DNA of 64,000 bases, from NCBI GenBank assembly GCA_958009085.1, contig OY253680.1, forward strand, positions 372,001-436,000, read 5' to 3'. The stretch is from Protoeuglena noctilucae. Its lineage: Eukaryota. Of this stretch, positions 1 through 14,243 are shown piece by piece. The notes under the pieces were generated by a model. That model worked only from the letters and a program-made list of their open reading frames with translations. It had not been told where the DNA came from and made no database searches. Position numbers and translations under genes: made by a program. Numbering within the stretch: the stretch's first letter is position 1; each line of letters begins with the position of its first letter.

Positions 1-1855
1 CGCACGCGCGCAAATAGCTTCTGGGGTACGCGGGGGAGGGGCTGAGCATGCGGCCTGGGGTGGGTTCGTGCTGGAGGGGCACGGTAGGCGCAACCAGGCT
101 CACCTCCAGGTTGCCGTACTTGGTCGCGCCGCACTCCTTGTGGAAGTCGAAGTTGACTAACTGGAAGGCCGGGGAGCGCTTCTCGAAGTTGGCCGCCGCA
201 GCCTTGTAAGCGTCCGACACCTTGCCCTCGCCTTTGCCCGGCTTTAACCCCGCCAGGTTGATGGCGACCACGCTCTGCGGCGGCGAGAAACAAGCAGGGT
301 CCTGTGCACATCACACGTGTCGGCTGTGCGGCGCGTTAGGAGAGCGGGCACCCGCCCTGTGCGAGCAACGGCCAACCCCACGGACCTGGTACTTCTTGAT
401 GAGACCCTGGGCGTGGGCGTCGAACGCCGCCTGGCTGAGGTCCGCGGGGGCGAACGCCCGCTTCGGCTTGTACATGAGGTTGGGGACCTCCGACCACAGC
501 ACGGGCGCCGAGCCGCGAACCTGGAGGCGTAGGGTGGGAGTCATCAGGCGATCACTAGGTGGGGCACGGGTGCAGCAGCGTCGATGGTACGCAGCCGCGT
601 TGAACAGCACCGGGGCCCTCGCCTGGACGAAGGAGCTGACGAGGTTCATGTCCCGGATCTCCACGATCATCTCGGACTCGACGTGGTTGGAAGCGTTGCC
701 CTCCAGGTCCAGCCCACGCGACCAGTGGCGGGTCCCGGCCCGGCTGACGTCGCGCCGCGCCACCAGCGTCACCACGACCTCGGACGTCTGCAGGGGTTGC
801 CCGGGTCGCGCAGCGTTGGTCTGCTAGGAGCGCCCGAGTTCATCCCAACGTGCCCAGGGGTCATGCCTTATCGCCAGGCGTACCTTGGACCCCGCCGCGA
901 GGTTCTCGCTGATCTGGCCCACGAAGCCCTGCACCACGGCCACTCCGAAACCCAGGGCCCCCGCCTCCCGCAGGGGCTTCAGCAGGTGGTGGTTCCAGGT
1001 GAACTTGCCTGCGGGGCATGGTACGCAGTCAGGCTCAGTGAATGAATTGCGCGAGGGAGGTGCGGCAGTGGCCGGCCACAAAGTCACCCGTGGCACGTGC
1101 CGCCACGCCCTCCTTGCCCTCCCCCATGTCACGTGGCCCGAAGCACTTCGTGCTGTCGCCCTTCCCGGCCTTGTCCTGCTCTTGCATGGACGTCGTGAGG
1201 TCGTACGTGGGAGAGAAGAAGGTGTCCCTGCAGAGGAGAGCGGAGCTGTGGCCGTGGCGCTCGCCAAAGGGCGGAGCGGCACGCGACCCAAGGACGGCAG
1301 CGAGGGGCACCTCATCAGGAAGGACGTGTCCATGGCGCGGCGGAAGAGGCTCGCGATGGGATCCCCGGCAGAGGGGCCGTAGACGGCGACTTCGGTCACT
1401 TTGAGCAGAGGGTGGTCCCCGAGCAGCCCGACCTTGATGGCCTGCGAGCGCCGGGTGGCCCCGAGACTGCGCATCCACGCGACCACACTCGCGCACACCC
1501 CGCAGCCTCTGACAGCCGCGGGATTTGTGCATGCCGCGCACCTGGCGAATCACTGCCACCGCGCACCCATTCCGCAGCGGGAGGATGCCCAGGAGGCCGT
1601 GCACCGGGATCTCCGAGGTCGCCGACCCCACCGAGAACTTCTTGTCCGGCCGGAACGTCGCAGACGCCTGCGATCTCCCGCGGCGTCGAAGTTTGGGGCA
1701 GTCCCTCCAGAGACGGGCCGCGTCCGCCCGCCTGGCGCTGCGCAGCGCGACCAGCTCACCGATATCTTGCTCAAGTCAATGGAGAGCACATCTGCCTGCC
1801 CCGAGCCCTTTATCTCCACCACCCTGCCGTCCGTCCTCAGCGTGAAGCCTGCCAT
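1..1855 (-). CDS. SAC1: SAC1-family phosphoinositide phosphatase (multi-exon; 3' end runs off the window)
   Basis: Exon peptides GLLGILPL, FFSPTYDLT, FTWNHHLLKPL, VVQGFVG, RAGTRHWSRGLDLEGNASNHVESEMIV, SSFVQ-RGSAPVLWSEVPNLMYKP and VNFDFHKEC match the SacI domain. ATG at 1855. Confidence 0.9.
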
Positions 1856-2057
1856 GGCAGGATCTCGTCCCCCGTCCCTCGAACGTAGCTACACTCGGCT
1901 CACTCGTTTTCAAGGGAATTTATGAGAGGTGCTGGAGTCAGTCTAGGGCGCAGCGCCGGCCAAGTAGACCGCACAGGCGCTGGCCGCACTGCGTCAGAGG
2001 CCTGTAAATCCCATGGAGGGCGCTTCCATGCGACGCCACTACAGCTGCGCCAGAGTC

Positions 2058-3496
2058 TCAAGCCCCTTCGATCCGCGTCGTCCCCAGGGTGTACCCCCCG
2101 CGCCTGTAGAAGCGCACGTGCTCGATGGGTCGCCCCTCCGTCACCACGTGGGGCTTCACGCCCAAGTCCTCCAGGCCGAGGCTCTCGGGCGAGCGAACGA
2201 GGTTCGTCCTGAGCGCACACGGCGAAAGAGGCGATGAAAAGGCCCGACGACCTGCTTACGTGACGCTGCCAAGCTGCGGGGGCGCCATGACTCACTGGGC
2301 CTCCTTCATCCCGTCCTCCGTGTACCATGGGTTGAACATGTACGTCGGGAGGCTGCCGTTCATCATGAAGCGCTGAACAGCACCCGCAACGGGCCCCACC
2401 AAGGCACCCGGGACTGGCAACGGCGCCTTCTGCGGCCAGGCGGGGCTCGGGAGAGCGCATAAGGCATGCACACGCGCTAGTCTCTGCGAGCACACCCAGT
2501 CACGCGGCGCCGTCCCCTCACCCAGTGCTCCCGCATGACCTCCGTAATGATGTCGTGCAGCTCCGCCATCGAGTACGTGGCGGGGCCCCCGAGCTCGAGC
2601 GTCTGCGGTTGAAGAAGCAGTCGAGGCGTTTCGCTCTGGAAAGCGGAGCGGGGTGGTGCTAGGGCACCATGGCCCGTGCTTGCCTTGCCGTCCCAGCCGT
2701 CCTGCGCCAGGAGGTTGTGGAAGCCCTTGGCCACGTCCTTGATCCACACGGGCTGCACGCGGTTCGCCCCGCCATCGACGAGGAGGAACCGGGGCATGCC
2801 CTTGATGAGCGCCGCCATGCGGTTGAAGAAGCGGTCCTCGGCGCCCACGACCGGGCCCAGGCGCACCACGGTCGCGGAGGGCAGCGCGGCCCGCACCGCC
2901 CGCTCTCCCTCGTAGCGCGACCGCAGGCGGTGCGACGGCGCGTCCGAGGCCGCCCCGAGGCACGACACGTGGATGAACTTCTCGACCGAGGGCGTCTCGG
3001 CGCAGATGCGCGCCAGCTGGCCCGGGAACTTGGCGTGGACCTCGTCGAAGCGCCAGTTCCACGTCTCCTTCTCCGCACCGACCAGGTTGATGACCACGTT
3101 CGACCGGGAGACGGCCTCACGGATCTTGGCCTCGTCCCGAATGCCATCCTTCGCCATCTTCATCGGCACAATCTGACCCAGGTCCCCCATGACTTTGAGA
3201 TGGATCATCTCGTTGTCCTGCAGCGAAGGAAGCGGAGCGCGGGTCCTACCCTGGCGCAGGGGCTGGCTCTCCGCTGCTTGCCCAAGGCCACGGCCGCCTA
3301 CCCGCACCTGGCAGCGGTAGGGGACGACCACCTGGGAGCCGATCATGCCGAGGTTGTTGATGACGTACCGACCCACGAACCCCGTCCCGCCAAAGACGGT
3401 CGCGACGACCCCGGAAACGGACGAACGCCCTCCCTGCCCCGCACCCATCCCGTTCTGCTTGATGCTCAGCGCATACGACATCCCACGCGACAGCAT
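2058..3496 (-). CDS. NDUFA9: NADH:ubiquinone oxidoreductase 39 kDa subunit (SDR fold), mitochondrial
   Basis: GGRSSVSGVVATVFGGTGFVGRYV, LKVMGDLGQIV, SNVVINLVG, VQPVWIKDVAKG and GKTLELGGP. Last exon ends YRRGGYTLGTTRIEGA-TGA. Confidence 0.93.
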
Positions 3497-4186
3497 CGGC
3501 GCTTCTGCGACTACGGAGGGCGGACGCCGCGGGTCGCGGCCGGGAACCCCGCGAGCCGGCGGGGAGATCGCGCGAGGTTGTCGGGGTCGCACAGGTGGCT
3601 TGCCGGGGACAGCGGGCACGCGGCAGCGACGTGGCGCGGCAGAACACGGACTAGTCAAGCCATCGGAGGCGTCGACGAGGCAGCTCAGCTACGGAGTCGC
3701 TGGGTTGGGCGGCAGCCCGAGCTGCAGCACCTTGTCACCTCCTGCGCTCGTCAGCGCGCTACTCGCGAGCTGCTGTGCCACCCTCTCCACCAGCCTGGCA
3801 CTCTGGAGACGCGCCATGGCCACCGCGAGCGTCCCCTGGCCCCGAGCTGGTGCTCGTCCACCCCGGCAGGTCCAAGTGGCTTACTGCTGTCCCTGTCGCC
3901 TGCCAGTGAGTGCCCGCGTGAGGAGGAGCAGGACAGCACGCGCACTGACCGGAGCAGGCGCCGCGCGCGACCGGGAGACCTGACACCGCGCCAGAGCAGG
4001 GCTTGGCGACAATGTAGGGGTCCGAGGGCGCATGCGGCGGGCCACTCGCATTTGAAAATGGTAGGGGTGCCGCCTGTTTGGAAGAACCTTGCGCTGTGAA
4101 GACCAGACTGAATCATTTGCGCGCTTGGTCGCGCTCTCCTCGTCCGCCCCGCTGTCGCGGGATACTCTGCGTGGGATCGTTACTCG

Positions 4187-6566
4187 ATGGCGAGTCGCAT
4201 GCCCATCCCACGAGCGAGCGTGACTCGTTTCCCGTCTGGGCTGCCCGTGCGCCGTTTGCGTTTCGTTTTCCTGGCCGCGCCCGAGGCTGCCGCCGTGCCT
4301 CTGCAGCTCTCATGCATACGGGGTCTTCGTGCAACGGCTCGCGATGGCGCGGCTCATCGGGACCGCGTGGACATGCCTGCAGGTCCACGCCACAGGGCGA
4401 CAGAGCCTGCTCCGGGCACAGGAGAACCGGAACGCGAAGCGCAGGGAGCAAGAGTTGCGGGATGTCGAAGTGATGCGGTACTTTGGGGAGCAGCGGTGAG
4501 GCGCCCACGGGTCCGCGGGGCATGCCGAGCGTGTCCATGTCGTCGACATTTCAGGGCCCGGCCGTCGGGCGAGGGGCGTGCGAGCGCTCTGGACCGCCTC
4601 GTGTGCGCAGGTCATTGGAATCGGGTCTGCGGCAGATGGAGCGGGACCCCGAGCGGCGGAAGCTGCGGGAGATGAAGGAGCGGGAGCTCGAGGCACGGGT
4701 GCTGGAGGACGTGCGCAGGTGCGGCGCGGGGCAGCGATGACCCGCACGCCACCGCGAGCCCCGTCGATGCGAGCTCCACGGCTGACCCCGTCCTGCCGCG
4801 TCCCCAGGGCCACGGTGGAGGGGCAGCTGCGGGCGCAGCAGGCGGACGAGGAGGGGCGCATCCTGGCCGAGATAGAGCGCCGTGACAAGGCTCAGCTGCG
4901 TCACCGCCTGGAGCTGCAGAAGCTGTGCGAGGAGAGCGAGGAGCTGCGGGTGCTGCGGGAGAAGCTGCGGATGGCGCAGACGACGTTTGAGCGGTCGCGT
5001 CAGAGGGACGAGGCGGCCATGATCGAGCGCAAGGAGCGGGAGTACGAGGCGGCGCTGCATGAGGCGATGGAGAGGCGGCTGGAGAGCGAGCGGGAGGCCG
5101 AGCTGGAGAGGGAACGCCGCCGCCACGAGGACTTCCTGCATGCCAAGGCGGTGCTGGTGGAGCAGATGGAGGTGAGGGCGTCTTCGCCGGCAAGGCGCGA
5201 GCTGAGATTGAGTGGCTCAGGACGGCGTCGGAGATGCGGGTGACCAAAATGCGACCTTGCGTGGGCCGCCCCAATCGACGCTGCCGCTGCCACTGCACGC
5301 AGGAGCGCAAGGAGGCGCAGCGCCTGGCCAAGCTCGAATTCGAGCGGGAGCGCGCCATGGTGGACGAGATCGCGCGGCGCATCGCGGAGGAGGAGCAGAT
5401 GGAGGCGGAGGCCAAGCGCCGCAAGCAGGAGGACACGCGGCAGTACATCCAGCAGTTCCTGCTGGAGCAGGAGGAGATGCGGATGCGGCAGGTCGCGGAG
5501 GAGGTGAGGGCTGCAGGTTCAAGGGTGCACACATGGGGCCCAGCATGGGTCGCGTTTGGATGACGTAGCGACTGGGGCCCTGCACAGCCGGGCCGTCGGT
5601 GGAGCGCCCCGGCGATCACTGTCCCCGCAGGAGGAGGAGGAGCGTCGGATCGAGGAGTACGCGGCCCGCGTGCGCGCACGGCAGGCGGAGGAGGAGGCGC
5701 GCAAGGCGGCTCGCAAGGAGGCCGCGGACCGCATCTACGACCAGATCCGGGCGCAGCGGGAGGAGGAGATGCGGCAGCGGGAGGAGGAGGAGCGCCTGAT
5801 CAACCTGCTGCGGGAGGAGGAGGAGGAGGAGCGCCGGCGGCGCGCGGAGCAGGAGCGGCGGGAGCGGCAGGAGCGCATGCGGCAGGAGATGATGGAGGCC
5901 AACGAGTACCAGAAGAAGTTGCGGGCGGAAAGGAGGGCGATGGAGGAGGCGGAGGAGCTCGAGTTCCGCCGCCAGATGATGGCCAAGGTGGGGGGCTCGC
6001 AGGGGCAGTGCGGTGGTGCTGCGGTGCCGCGAGCGTGGGTTTCGCGAGGCCGCAGCGGCTGTGGGAGTGGCCTGTCATACAATGCGACTCTCTCGGCCCA
6101 TACCTCGGCAGTTCGAGGAGGACGAGCGCATCGAGCGCCTCAATGCCCAGCGCCGGCGTCAGAAGATGCTGGACCACAAGGCCGAGGTGGAGCGCCTCAT
6201 CGCGGAGCGCCGCGAGATGTACGAGCGCATGCGGGCGCTCGAGGCGGAGCAGATGGTCGCGGAGAAGTACAGGCGAGGCGCGCAGGGGCTGGGGTGCTGT
6301 TTCGACTTCTCAGGTCAATAGCGAGTGCTGCGGCTGACGGTGGCCACTGAGCCCCCATGGTGGAGCGGTGCCTGTAATGCTGCCTCTGAAAGCGACCTGT
6401 TGTCGCGTCGGTGCGCAGGGAAGAGGAGAAGGCGGCGCTGGTGGAGCAGGAACGCCGGCGCCTGCTCCAGGAGTTTGCGCATCTCAAGGACTTCTTCCCC
6501 AAGGGCGTGCTCAAGCAGATGGAGGACATGGCGATCGTCGACAATGCCCTTCAACAGCGCGCATGA
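4187..6566 (+). CDS. MNS1: MNS1/FAP127-like coiled-coil ciliary microtubule inner protein (start approximate)
   Basis: Long E/R-rich coiled-coil exons, ESEELRVLREKLRMA, FEEDERIERLNAQRRRQKMLDHK, and C-terminal LLQEFAHLKDFFPKGVLK resembling the MNS1 C-terminus. Confidence 0.8.
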
Positions 6567-6627
6567 GATGCGGGTCACGGGCGCGATGTGCTTCCCTGGC
6601 ACCCCCCCGCCACGCCGCGCTGTCATG

Positions 6628-8555
6628 TCACGACCTAGACGCCTGTGCCCGACCCGCGCGCTGTATCTCGCTTATCTTGCGGCACGTGGCGCGGGCCATG
6701 AACTGCCGCTTGGCCAGGACCCGCACGCGCTTGAGGAACTCCTCTGCGGACAGCGAGCCGCCCTCAAACGCCCCGTCCAACACCTCCTGCAGGCCAGGCA
6801 GGAAACACATCGGTTGCACTAGGCTCTAAGAACGAGCTGTGAAGGGCAGCCAGTGTCACGGCAGTGCAGTCCATCGCAAAACAGCCGGCCTCACCAGCGC
6901 GTCCTCGATGGCCAGGTCCTCGGCGTGCGAGGCGATCAGCTGCCCGTCTAGTGGCGATTCCGGCGCGATCGCCGCAGCCGTCCCGTTCTCGGAAGCCCCC
7001 TCGGCACGCTCGTTGCGCGCCAGCCACGCCGCCACTCCCCGTGCCGCCTCTTGGAGTTGCCTGCGCGCCAGGGGCCACGCAAACCGCTCGCGCGAGCTCA
7101 TGCGACGCGCCCCTGGCGGCAGCACGTGCGCGTCCCTCACCCTGCCGCCCGGTCCACCGCCATGCGCTCCGCCTGCAGCTGTGCCACCACGCCGTCCGCC
7201 TCCCGGGCCTCCCCAGCGAGCTCCCGGAACACCCCTTCCGCCGCAGCCACCTGCGCGCGGCGAGCCTCGATGGCCGCGCCCACGCACACCGAGAGGTCCT
7301 CTGCCACCCGGGCCCGGAGCAACGCCGTCAGCGCTCCCTCTGCATCGCGGCGCCCGGCCTGAGCTGCAGCGGCAGCCGCGGATGTCGGGCCGCTAGCAGG
7401 CGGCCGGGCTACGGAGGGGGGCGTCACGGCTGCGGCGAGGCTCCCCGCAGAGGGGTGCGCCATGGGAGGAGGTTGGGGCGGCGTGGGTGCGAAGCCATAC
7501 ATCGGGATGGACGGCTGTCCCAAGGTGGGCTGCCCAGCTGCCGCTTGCGACGGTCCAGGCACTCCGTAGCCCCCCGGGGTGACGACCTGGCCACCGTACA
7601 TGTTGTAGCTGCAGGCCAAGCCGCAGTCATGGTTGGGCAAAATCGGGCAGGCTTCAGTGGAGTGGCAGCTCTGTAGTCCACATGCAGACTGTGGCTCACC
7701 CGAAGCCCCCCGAGCGAGCATCTGGGCGGGCGGACGAGGAAGGGGGTGGCACGACCGTGTGGGGGATGGATGAGACGGGTGGCTGGGGGCGTGGCGGCGG
7801 GGCGTCATCGGGGACGGAGTAGAGGGGCGGAATCTGCGTGAACACGGCCACCATCTCGTCCAGGGCCTGCCGCAGGGCGGTGACGCGGCGCTCCCAGCTC
7901 CTGCGCGAAGGAAAAGCGACGGACGGCGTCGGGCACAGGCCGGGCCAATGCAGTGCCAGCATTTGCAAGTTGCATAGGATGCGTTGAGCGGCGCTCCTGA
8001 GCACTGCGCGCCTCAGGGTCGCGGTGAAAACCTCTCCGCTCGGGTTGACGTACGGATGCTTCTCCGCGACGCGCATGCGAGGCGTGGGCGTCACAAAGAC
8101 GACCGGCGGGCTTCTAGGGAAATCCTCCACCAGCCACATCACGACGGGGATGTTGTACGTGCTCCCCTCGTAGCGAATGGGCACCGTCCCTTTGAGCTGG
8201 ACCAGGAAGACTGTGAGGCCGTTGTTGTGCGTGTAATCCTCCGCCGCAGGGTTCAAATTCTTGTACGCCTTCAGCGCCTCCAAGATCATGTCCCGGATGA
8301 ACGTCTGGAGGAATGGGGGCACGTTGACCGCACTCTCTGTGTGCCGCGGCCCGCGGGGCGAGCTCACGATGCGCCAGCGTCATGAAATCTAACCTTATTT
8401 CGCTCCTCGTACGGCACCCGGGGCGACCAGAGAAGGCGGTTCACCTGCGGAGGGGCACCCTCGCAGCGTGCGCGAGAGCGAAGAGAGGCGCAACCAGGCC
8501 AGCAGTCTGCGTGCCAATCCCTCCCCACCTTCATATCTTTCGACTCGACCGCCAT
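6628..8555 (-). CDS. VPS23: ESCRT-I subunit VPS23/TSG101 (UEV, Pro-rich, coiled coil, SB domain)
   Basis: LKGTVPIRYEGSTYNIPVVMWLVEDFPRSPPVVFVTPT...HPYVNPSG (UEV). AEDLAIEDAL and FLKRVRVLAKRQFMARA (steadiness box). Confidence 0.92.
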
Positions 8556-8814
8556 GGTCCCGGGCGGGGCTTCCAGCCCACCCCCTGCTTCAGGGCTCCC
8601 TAAGTGGTGACTGTGCTAACTCACAGCGTCCCAGAACGCAGCCACGTGCGGTCCGCGATGAGGACAGGCAACATACGGCGATTGCTGTCGGTTCTGCCGA
8701 AGAGCGGCCCTTCGCTCGCTCGCCACTTTGGCCAGAAACTTCAGGTGCTGCAGCACGGTGTCCTGTTCCTTCAATAATGCTAGAGCCCCCACGCCCCCGA
8801 CACGCCCGCAACGC

Positions 8815-9499
8815 TCACCGACGCAGACTTTCACCGCCTGGCGCTGACCTGAGCGCAAGGAAGGGGAAGGGGCTTTCCACGATTGGATCGCGATCGCTTC
8901 CAACGTGCCTGCGCCGTTCATGAACACAAGCTGCGTCCCTCACCGCCGTCTTCTTGGCCTTGGCGCTCCTCTTCTTTGCGACGATCGACTCCTTGGAGGG
9001 CGGCGGCACGTTGAGCATGTCGGCGTGCTTGACAATGAACCCCGTGTCCGTGTCCCCGGCGCGGAAGAACTCGTTGTCGAGGATGTTCTGCGGAGACGAC
9101 AAGGCAGATGACATGGCCCGGGTGCACTACCTGACTACCCGTGGAGTACACTTCTCAGGCCAGGATGCGTGCCCGCGCCTTGTGGTAGTCGATGGTGGTG
9201 GGCACCCCCGCGATGGTCATCTCGTCCAGGGCGCGGCGGGCGCGGGCGATGCACTTGTCGCGGTCCTCAGCCCACACGATCAGCTTGCCGAGGAGGGAGT
9301 CGTAGTTGGGGGGCACCTGCGGGGCGGTGCGGCGGTGGTGAGCGCGCGCACGACAGGGTCACGGGCAGCCCTGCCCCTTCTCAAAGCGGGGCTCACCAGG
9401 TAGTCCGTGTAGATGTGCGAGTCCATGCGGACGTTGGGCCCGCCCGGGGGCAGGTAGGCCTGGATGCGGCCGGGGCCGGGGCGGAAGTTCTGGAAGGGG

Positions 9500-9534
<35 letters not shown>

Positions 9535-11222
9535 GCGGATCTTGATGTCCTCCTGCTTCAGCCGCAGGGGCTCGCCCATGGCCACGCGGATCTGCTCCTG
9601 GATGAGGTCGACGCCCGTGATCATCTCTGTCACGGGGTGCTCCACCTGGATGCGCGTGTTCATCTCCATGAAGTAGAAGCCGCGCTCCTCCCACAAAAAC
9701 TCGATGGTGCCGACCCCGATGTAGTTGATGAACTTGGCCGCCTTGACCGCCGCGTCGCCCATGGCCTTGCGCACCTCGGGCGTGAGGACGGGCGACGGGC
9801 CCTCCTCCAGCAGCTTCTGGTTGCGGCGCTGGATGGAGCAGTCGCGCTCCCCCAGGTGGATCACATTGCCGTACTTGTCGGCGAGCACCTGGAACTCGAT
9901 GTGGCGGGGGTTCTGCACGTAGCGCTCGATGTACACGTCGGGGTTGCCGAAGGCGGCCTGCGCCTCCTGCTGCGCCGCCTGCATCAGGCTCAGGAACTCG
10001 TCACGCGACTTGGCCAGACGCATGCCGCGCCCGCCGCCGCCCGCCGTGGCCTTGATCATCACCGGGAAGCCGATCTCCTGCGGGCGAGGCACGGGTGACG
10101 TCAAGGGCGGCGATGGGGACACCTGTTTGCCAGGGCGCGGCAGGGCCACGCGCGCTCACGTCAGCAACGCGCAGTGCCTCCTCCGTGCTCCGGATGATGC
10201 CCGGGGACCCAGGGACCGTGGGCACTCCCGCCCTCTTCATCGTCTCGCGAGCCGTGGACTTGTCGCCCATGAGGTTGATCTGCTCCGGCAGGGGCCCGAT
10301 GAACTCAATGCCGTGCTCGCGGACCATCTCGACGAACGTGGAGTTCTCCGACTGTGGAGGGGAGGGGCCGTGGGCCAGGGTTCGTGGGTTTATGCCGTTC
10401 GCTGCCGCCACGGCCACCCGGCTCGCTCAGCTGCCCGCCCGACCCTGGGGCCTCACCAGGAACCCGTAGCCAGGGTGGATGGCATCGGCACCCCTGGACA
10501 CGGCCGCGGCGATGACGGACGGCTTCGCCAAGTAGGACTCGCTCGAGGGCGCCTTGCCAATGCACACGGCTTCGTCGGCCAGGTGCACGTGGAGCGAGTC
10601 GGCATCCGCGGTGGAGTAGACGGCGACCGTCTGCAAGCACAGGCAAGGGTCGGATGACTGCGCTCAGCGCTGTGGAGGGGCGCACCACGGTTGACACAGC
10701 ACGCCTCGCCACACTCCCCCAGCCCCTTGCCTTGAGCCCCAGCTCCTTGCACGCGCGGATCACGCGAACGGCAATCTCCCCGCGGTTAGCGATCAGGACC
10801 TTCTTGATCTCCTTGCCCTGAATCTCCTGCCCGTTCGTCCCCGCCGACGCCGACGCCTGCGCGGGCAGCAGGATGCTTCCCCCAGGTGAGGCGACCGGGC
10901 CAGCAAGGCGAGGGCTCGGCATCGACCCGTTCCACACCTTGACGGAGAGCCGCGAGTTGCGGGCGGCCAGCAACGGGGCTACAGTCCCCTCGGCGTGCGG
11001 CCTCGCATGAGCCTTCGACGACGCGGCAAGGGGGGCGCGGGAGCGCTCCGTACCCCGGGTCAGGGTCCCCACCACCCTTGTCTGCAGCCACGGAGGACGG
11101 GGCGCGCTTGCTGCGGAGCCGGAGTCGAGGCACGCGGGCCGAGAGCCGTGGGTGGGCCGTGCGCAGGGCACGCAACGAGGACCTGGCCGATCTCAGCGGC
11201 TATATCCACCTTCTCCCGTCAT
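8815..11222 (-). CDS. accC: Biotin carboxylase subunit of plastid heteromeric acetyl-CoA carboxylase, with transit peptide (ends approximate)
   Basis: [74 protein letters not shown] and RINAEDP. Confidence 0.95.
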
Positions 11223-11913
11223 GAACGAGCGCAGAGGGTCAGGACACGCAATCTGAAGTCGTCCAAAGGATTCACCGAGGCTCAAAAGCGGCCCAGGCCC
11301 GAACTCCAGCTCCCGACCCCTCGCGGAGCGGGCCGAGTTCGACCGCCGTTCCGGGTCCAGTGCAACCGCCGCACGCACATTTGCTGACCAGTGCGCGTAC
11401 GGCGGGATCAGCGATTCGGCCGCGCCAGCGGGAGCAGATGGATTTTGGGGTTGGTGAGTCCCGCAGCGACGCCCGGGCGCCGATGGGCCGGGCTGGGACA
11501 TGAATCCACCGAGCAAACGAAACAGTGGGATCGGGCGACGGCCGACATGTCGCGCCCTCCACCCGAGCGAGGCAGGAAAGCGCCGAGGGTCACCCCGCCG
11601 GCTGGCCACGGCCCCGATGGCCGTGCCACCTCGTCTGCAGGACAGCATGACCTCAGATGCTCACCTGGGCAAGGGCAGATGTCACGCCCGCCATCGTCAC
11701 CGCGATTTCCTCAGCCAGCAAGCGCCCGGGCCAGTATCCACGCGCCGCAGCCGTCGCCACGTGACAGGGCTCGAACAGACAGGCATTCCGGCCCGCGCGC
11801 GCTCTCTCTCCGCGCCTAGCTGCCTGCACTGGCAGCGACACATCTGGCAAAGTGGCTTGAAGAGCGGGCCCGTTGTTAGCCGTCGCCCTAGTTGCCACAG
11901 ACTGGACTTCATC

Positions 11914-12883
11914 ATGGACAACCTTGCCGGGTACGCCAGCTCAGACGGGGAGGACGAGGCGCGCAACGGGCGTGATGCGTCCGAGGTGTCCTCCAGCGAG
12001 AGCGAGGGGGGGTCAACGGACGTCGAGGATGAGGACCCCAAGTACAGGTACTACTCTCTGCCGCGACTGGGGCATCGGGACGCTGCGCAGGAGCAACGGT
12101 GGCCTCGCCCACGCCACGGCCCGTCTCTGCGCAGGCGTGCGCGGGAACTGACGGCGTCCAGGGCCGCTGCGCGCGCGGCGTCCTCGTCGTCCCTGCCGGA
12201 CCCCTTGGCGGCGCTACAGCAGGTCCCCGGCTCGCTCGACTTCTTGAACCCCGAGGCGACGCGGCAGATCAACCGCATGGCCCATGGGGCAGGGGAGGCC
12301 GAAGAGAATGCGGGGGGACCCGCGGACCCAGGGCCCACGCGTGGTCAGGTGCGTCAGCAGGCGGTTGTCGCTGCGCTGCTTCCACGGTACCCAGCCGAGC
12401 CCACCGTGCCTGGCCGCCGTCACACGCAGCCCAAGGGCCCCGAGTTTGATATCTCGAGGCTGGCCCCGAAGCTCCCGTCGGAGAGCAAGCGGAAGCAGGG
12501 GCCGGTGGTGCAAGGGGAGGCCAAGCGTGCCAAGACCGCCCAGGAGTTGCACATGGAGGCGGTGGGGACGGCATCATCGCTGGCCATCGCTGCACTGGGG
12601 GGGCATGCGGAGGGCAAGCGCCCGGGGACGGAGGCCATGCCTTTGGAAGACTTCATCTCCCGGGGGTTAGGCGGCGCTCAGCTGCCACGCAAGAAGGGGA
12701 GCGACCGGTGAGTCACTTTCACGTTCCACCCACCAGCGCCGTGCAGCATGGCGCCACAGATTGACAACGCGCACCGCTTGACGCAGGGTCGACAAGGAGA
12801 AGGCCAAGCGCATGAAGGGCCAGTCCACGCACGCGAGGTGGAAATCCGAAGCTGAAATGGTCCTCCGACAGCAGTACGACTAG
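11914..12883 (+). CDS. Conserved uncharacterised protein, C1orf52/UPF0690-like
   Basis: Acidic start MDNLAGYASSD, internal LPDP...DFLNP, and C-terminal KEKAKRMKGQSTHARWKSEAEMVLRQQYD-TAG. Confidence 0.65.
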
Positions 12884-13000
12884 AGAGGGTCTCTTTCTCC
12901 CCGCAAATGCAGACTCCGCCCTCCCTCGCCTCCCACCACTGTCTCCCAAGCGGTCCCCGGCCGGGCCAGCAGCCCTCGCGCCCTGGCAGACCCTGCGGGC

Positions 13001-14243
13001 TCAGAGCGTGACTTGCTGAAGCCCGACGCCCGCATCGTGTCGCTGCCATAGAGCGCAGGATATACCAGCTAGCTCCCACGCACCCCACGTCGCCCGTGTG
13101 TACGTGGACATGGGCCGTGCGCCGTCCCCCCTGGCAGGACTTCCGGAAGACTGCGCGGGGGCTGCCTGCCCCACGGACGCCCCCGCGTCCCTCCCAATGC
13201 GCTTGAAAGCCCTGTCGGCTGGCGCACCCTGCGCAGACGGCACAGCGGGCAGTCGCATAGCATTGACGGCCCAGCAGCCGCCGACCCACCCATGCCAAGC
13301 TCCGTGGCCCTTGCCTCCGGGTAGTACCGAAGCGATGTGCGGTCCAGTTGCCGCAGAATGCCATCCAGGTCCGCATCCGTCACAGTCCTGTCCCGCACGT
13401 CCCTCGCGGGGGTGTCCAGGGGACCCACGGGCCGCGGGGCAGGCTCGGCCTTGGCCTTTTCTGCGTGCCACGAGCGGGGCAGCGGTGTGTCCATGCGGGC
13501 GGCGGAGATGCGACATGCGCCCCCTCGCGAGCGGCAGCCGCGCTCGCCTTCCGCGGCCGTCTTGAGGACGGACCCACTGGCGTTTCGGCCCCGCGTCACG
13601 CGGACGCGCTTCCCCTCCTCCGTGAAGGCCTGAAGCGGCGAGCGAGGGGCGTGGTGTGCGACACGGCACGCATGCACGACAGCGCGCACAGGGCGGCACA
13701 CGAGTGCAGGGTGCCGTGGGAGGGGAAGCCGGGGCAAGCGCTCACCCAGCCAACGCGCACAGGCTTGCGGGTCACAGGGTCCAGGACCATGACGTTCGAG
13801 TAGTGCATGGCCTTCTCGCTGACAAAGGATCTCCCCTCCATGTCCTTGTTGTTCGGGTCCTGCGAATGAGGGAACAACACCCTCAGTGACACTGAGAAGC
13901 CCCATCGGGCATGTCGCCGCGCCAGACCCCATCCCACGTCTCGCCTTTGGAACGGGTCGCCGTTGCAGATTCACTCCGTCTATCACCACCCGCGGTCGAA
14001 CCTTGTCGTGAATGACCTCCTTCACGAATCCCACCTTGCCCTTCTCGCGGCCCGCGATGACTGCCACCTGCGCCATGCCGACACGTCTGAGGCTCCCTCC
14101 GCGCGGGTGCGCGAGGGACGTTTGCAGACAGAGGCAGTGAGCGGCGCCGCCGCCGCGCTTACCTCGTCGCCCTTGCGAATCTTCCACCGCTTCAACCCGT
14201 CCATCGCATGCTTGATGTGCGCACGCGAATACGCCCTCCCCAT
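13001..14243 (-). CDS. MRPL24: Ribosomal protein uL24 (KOW), probably mitochondrial; 3' end uncertain
   Basis: RWKIRKGDE-VAVIAGREKGKVG...VVIDGVNL, EKAMHYSNVMVLDPVTRKPVRVGW, FTEEGKRVRVTRG and GPLDTP. Confidence 0.88.
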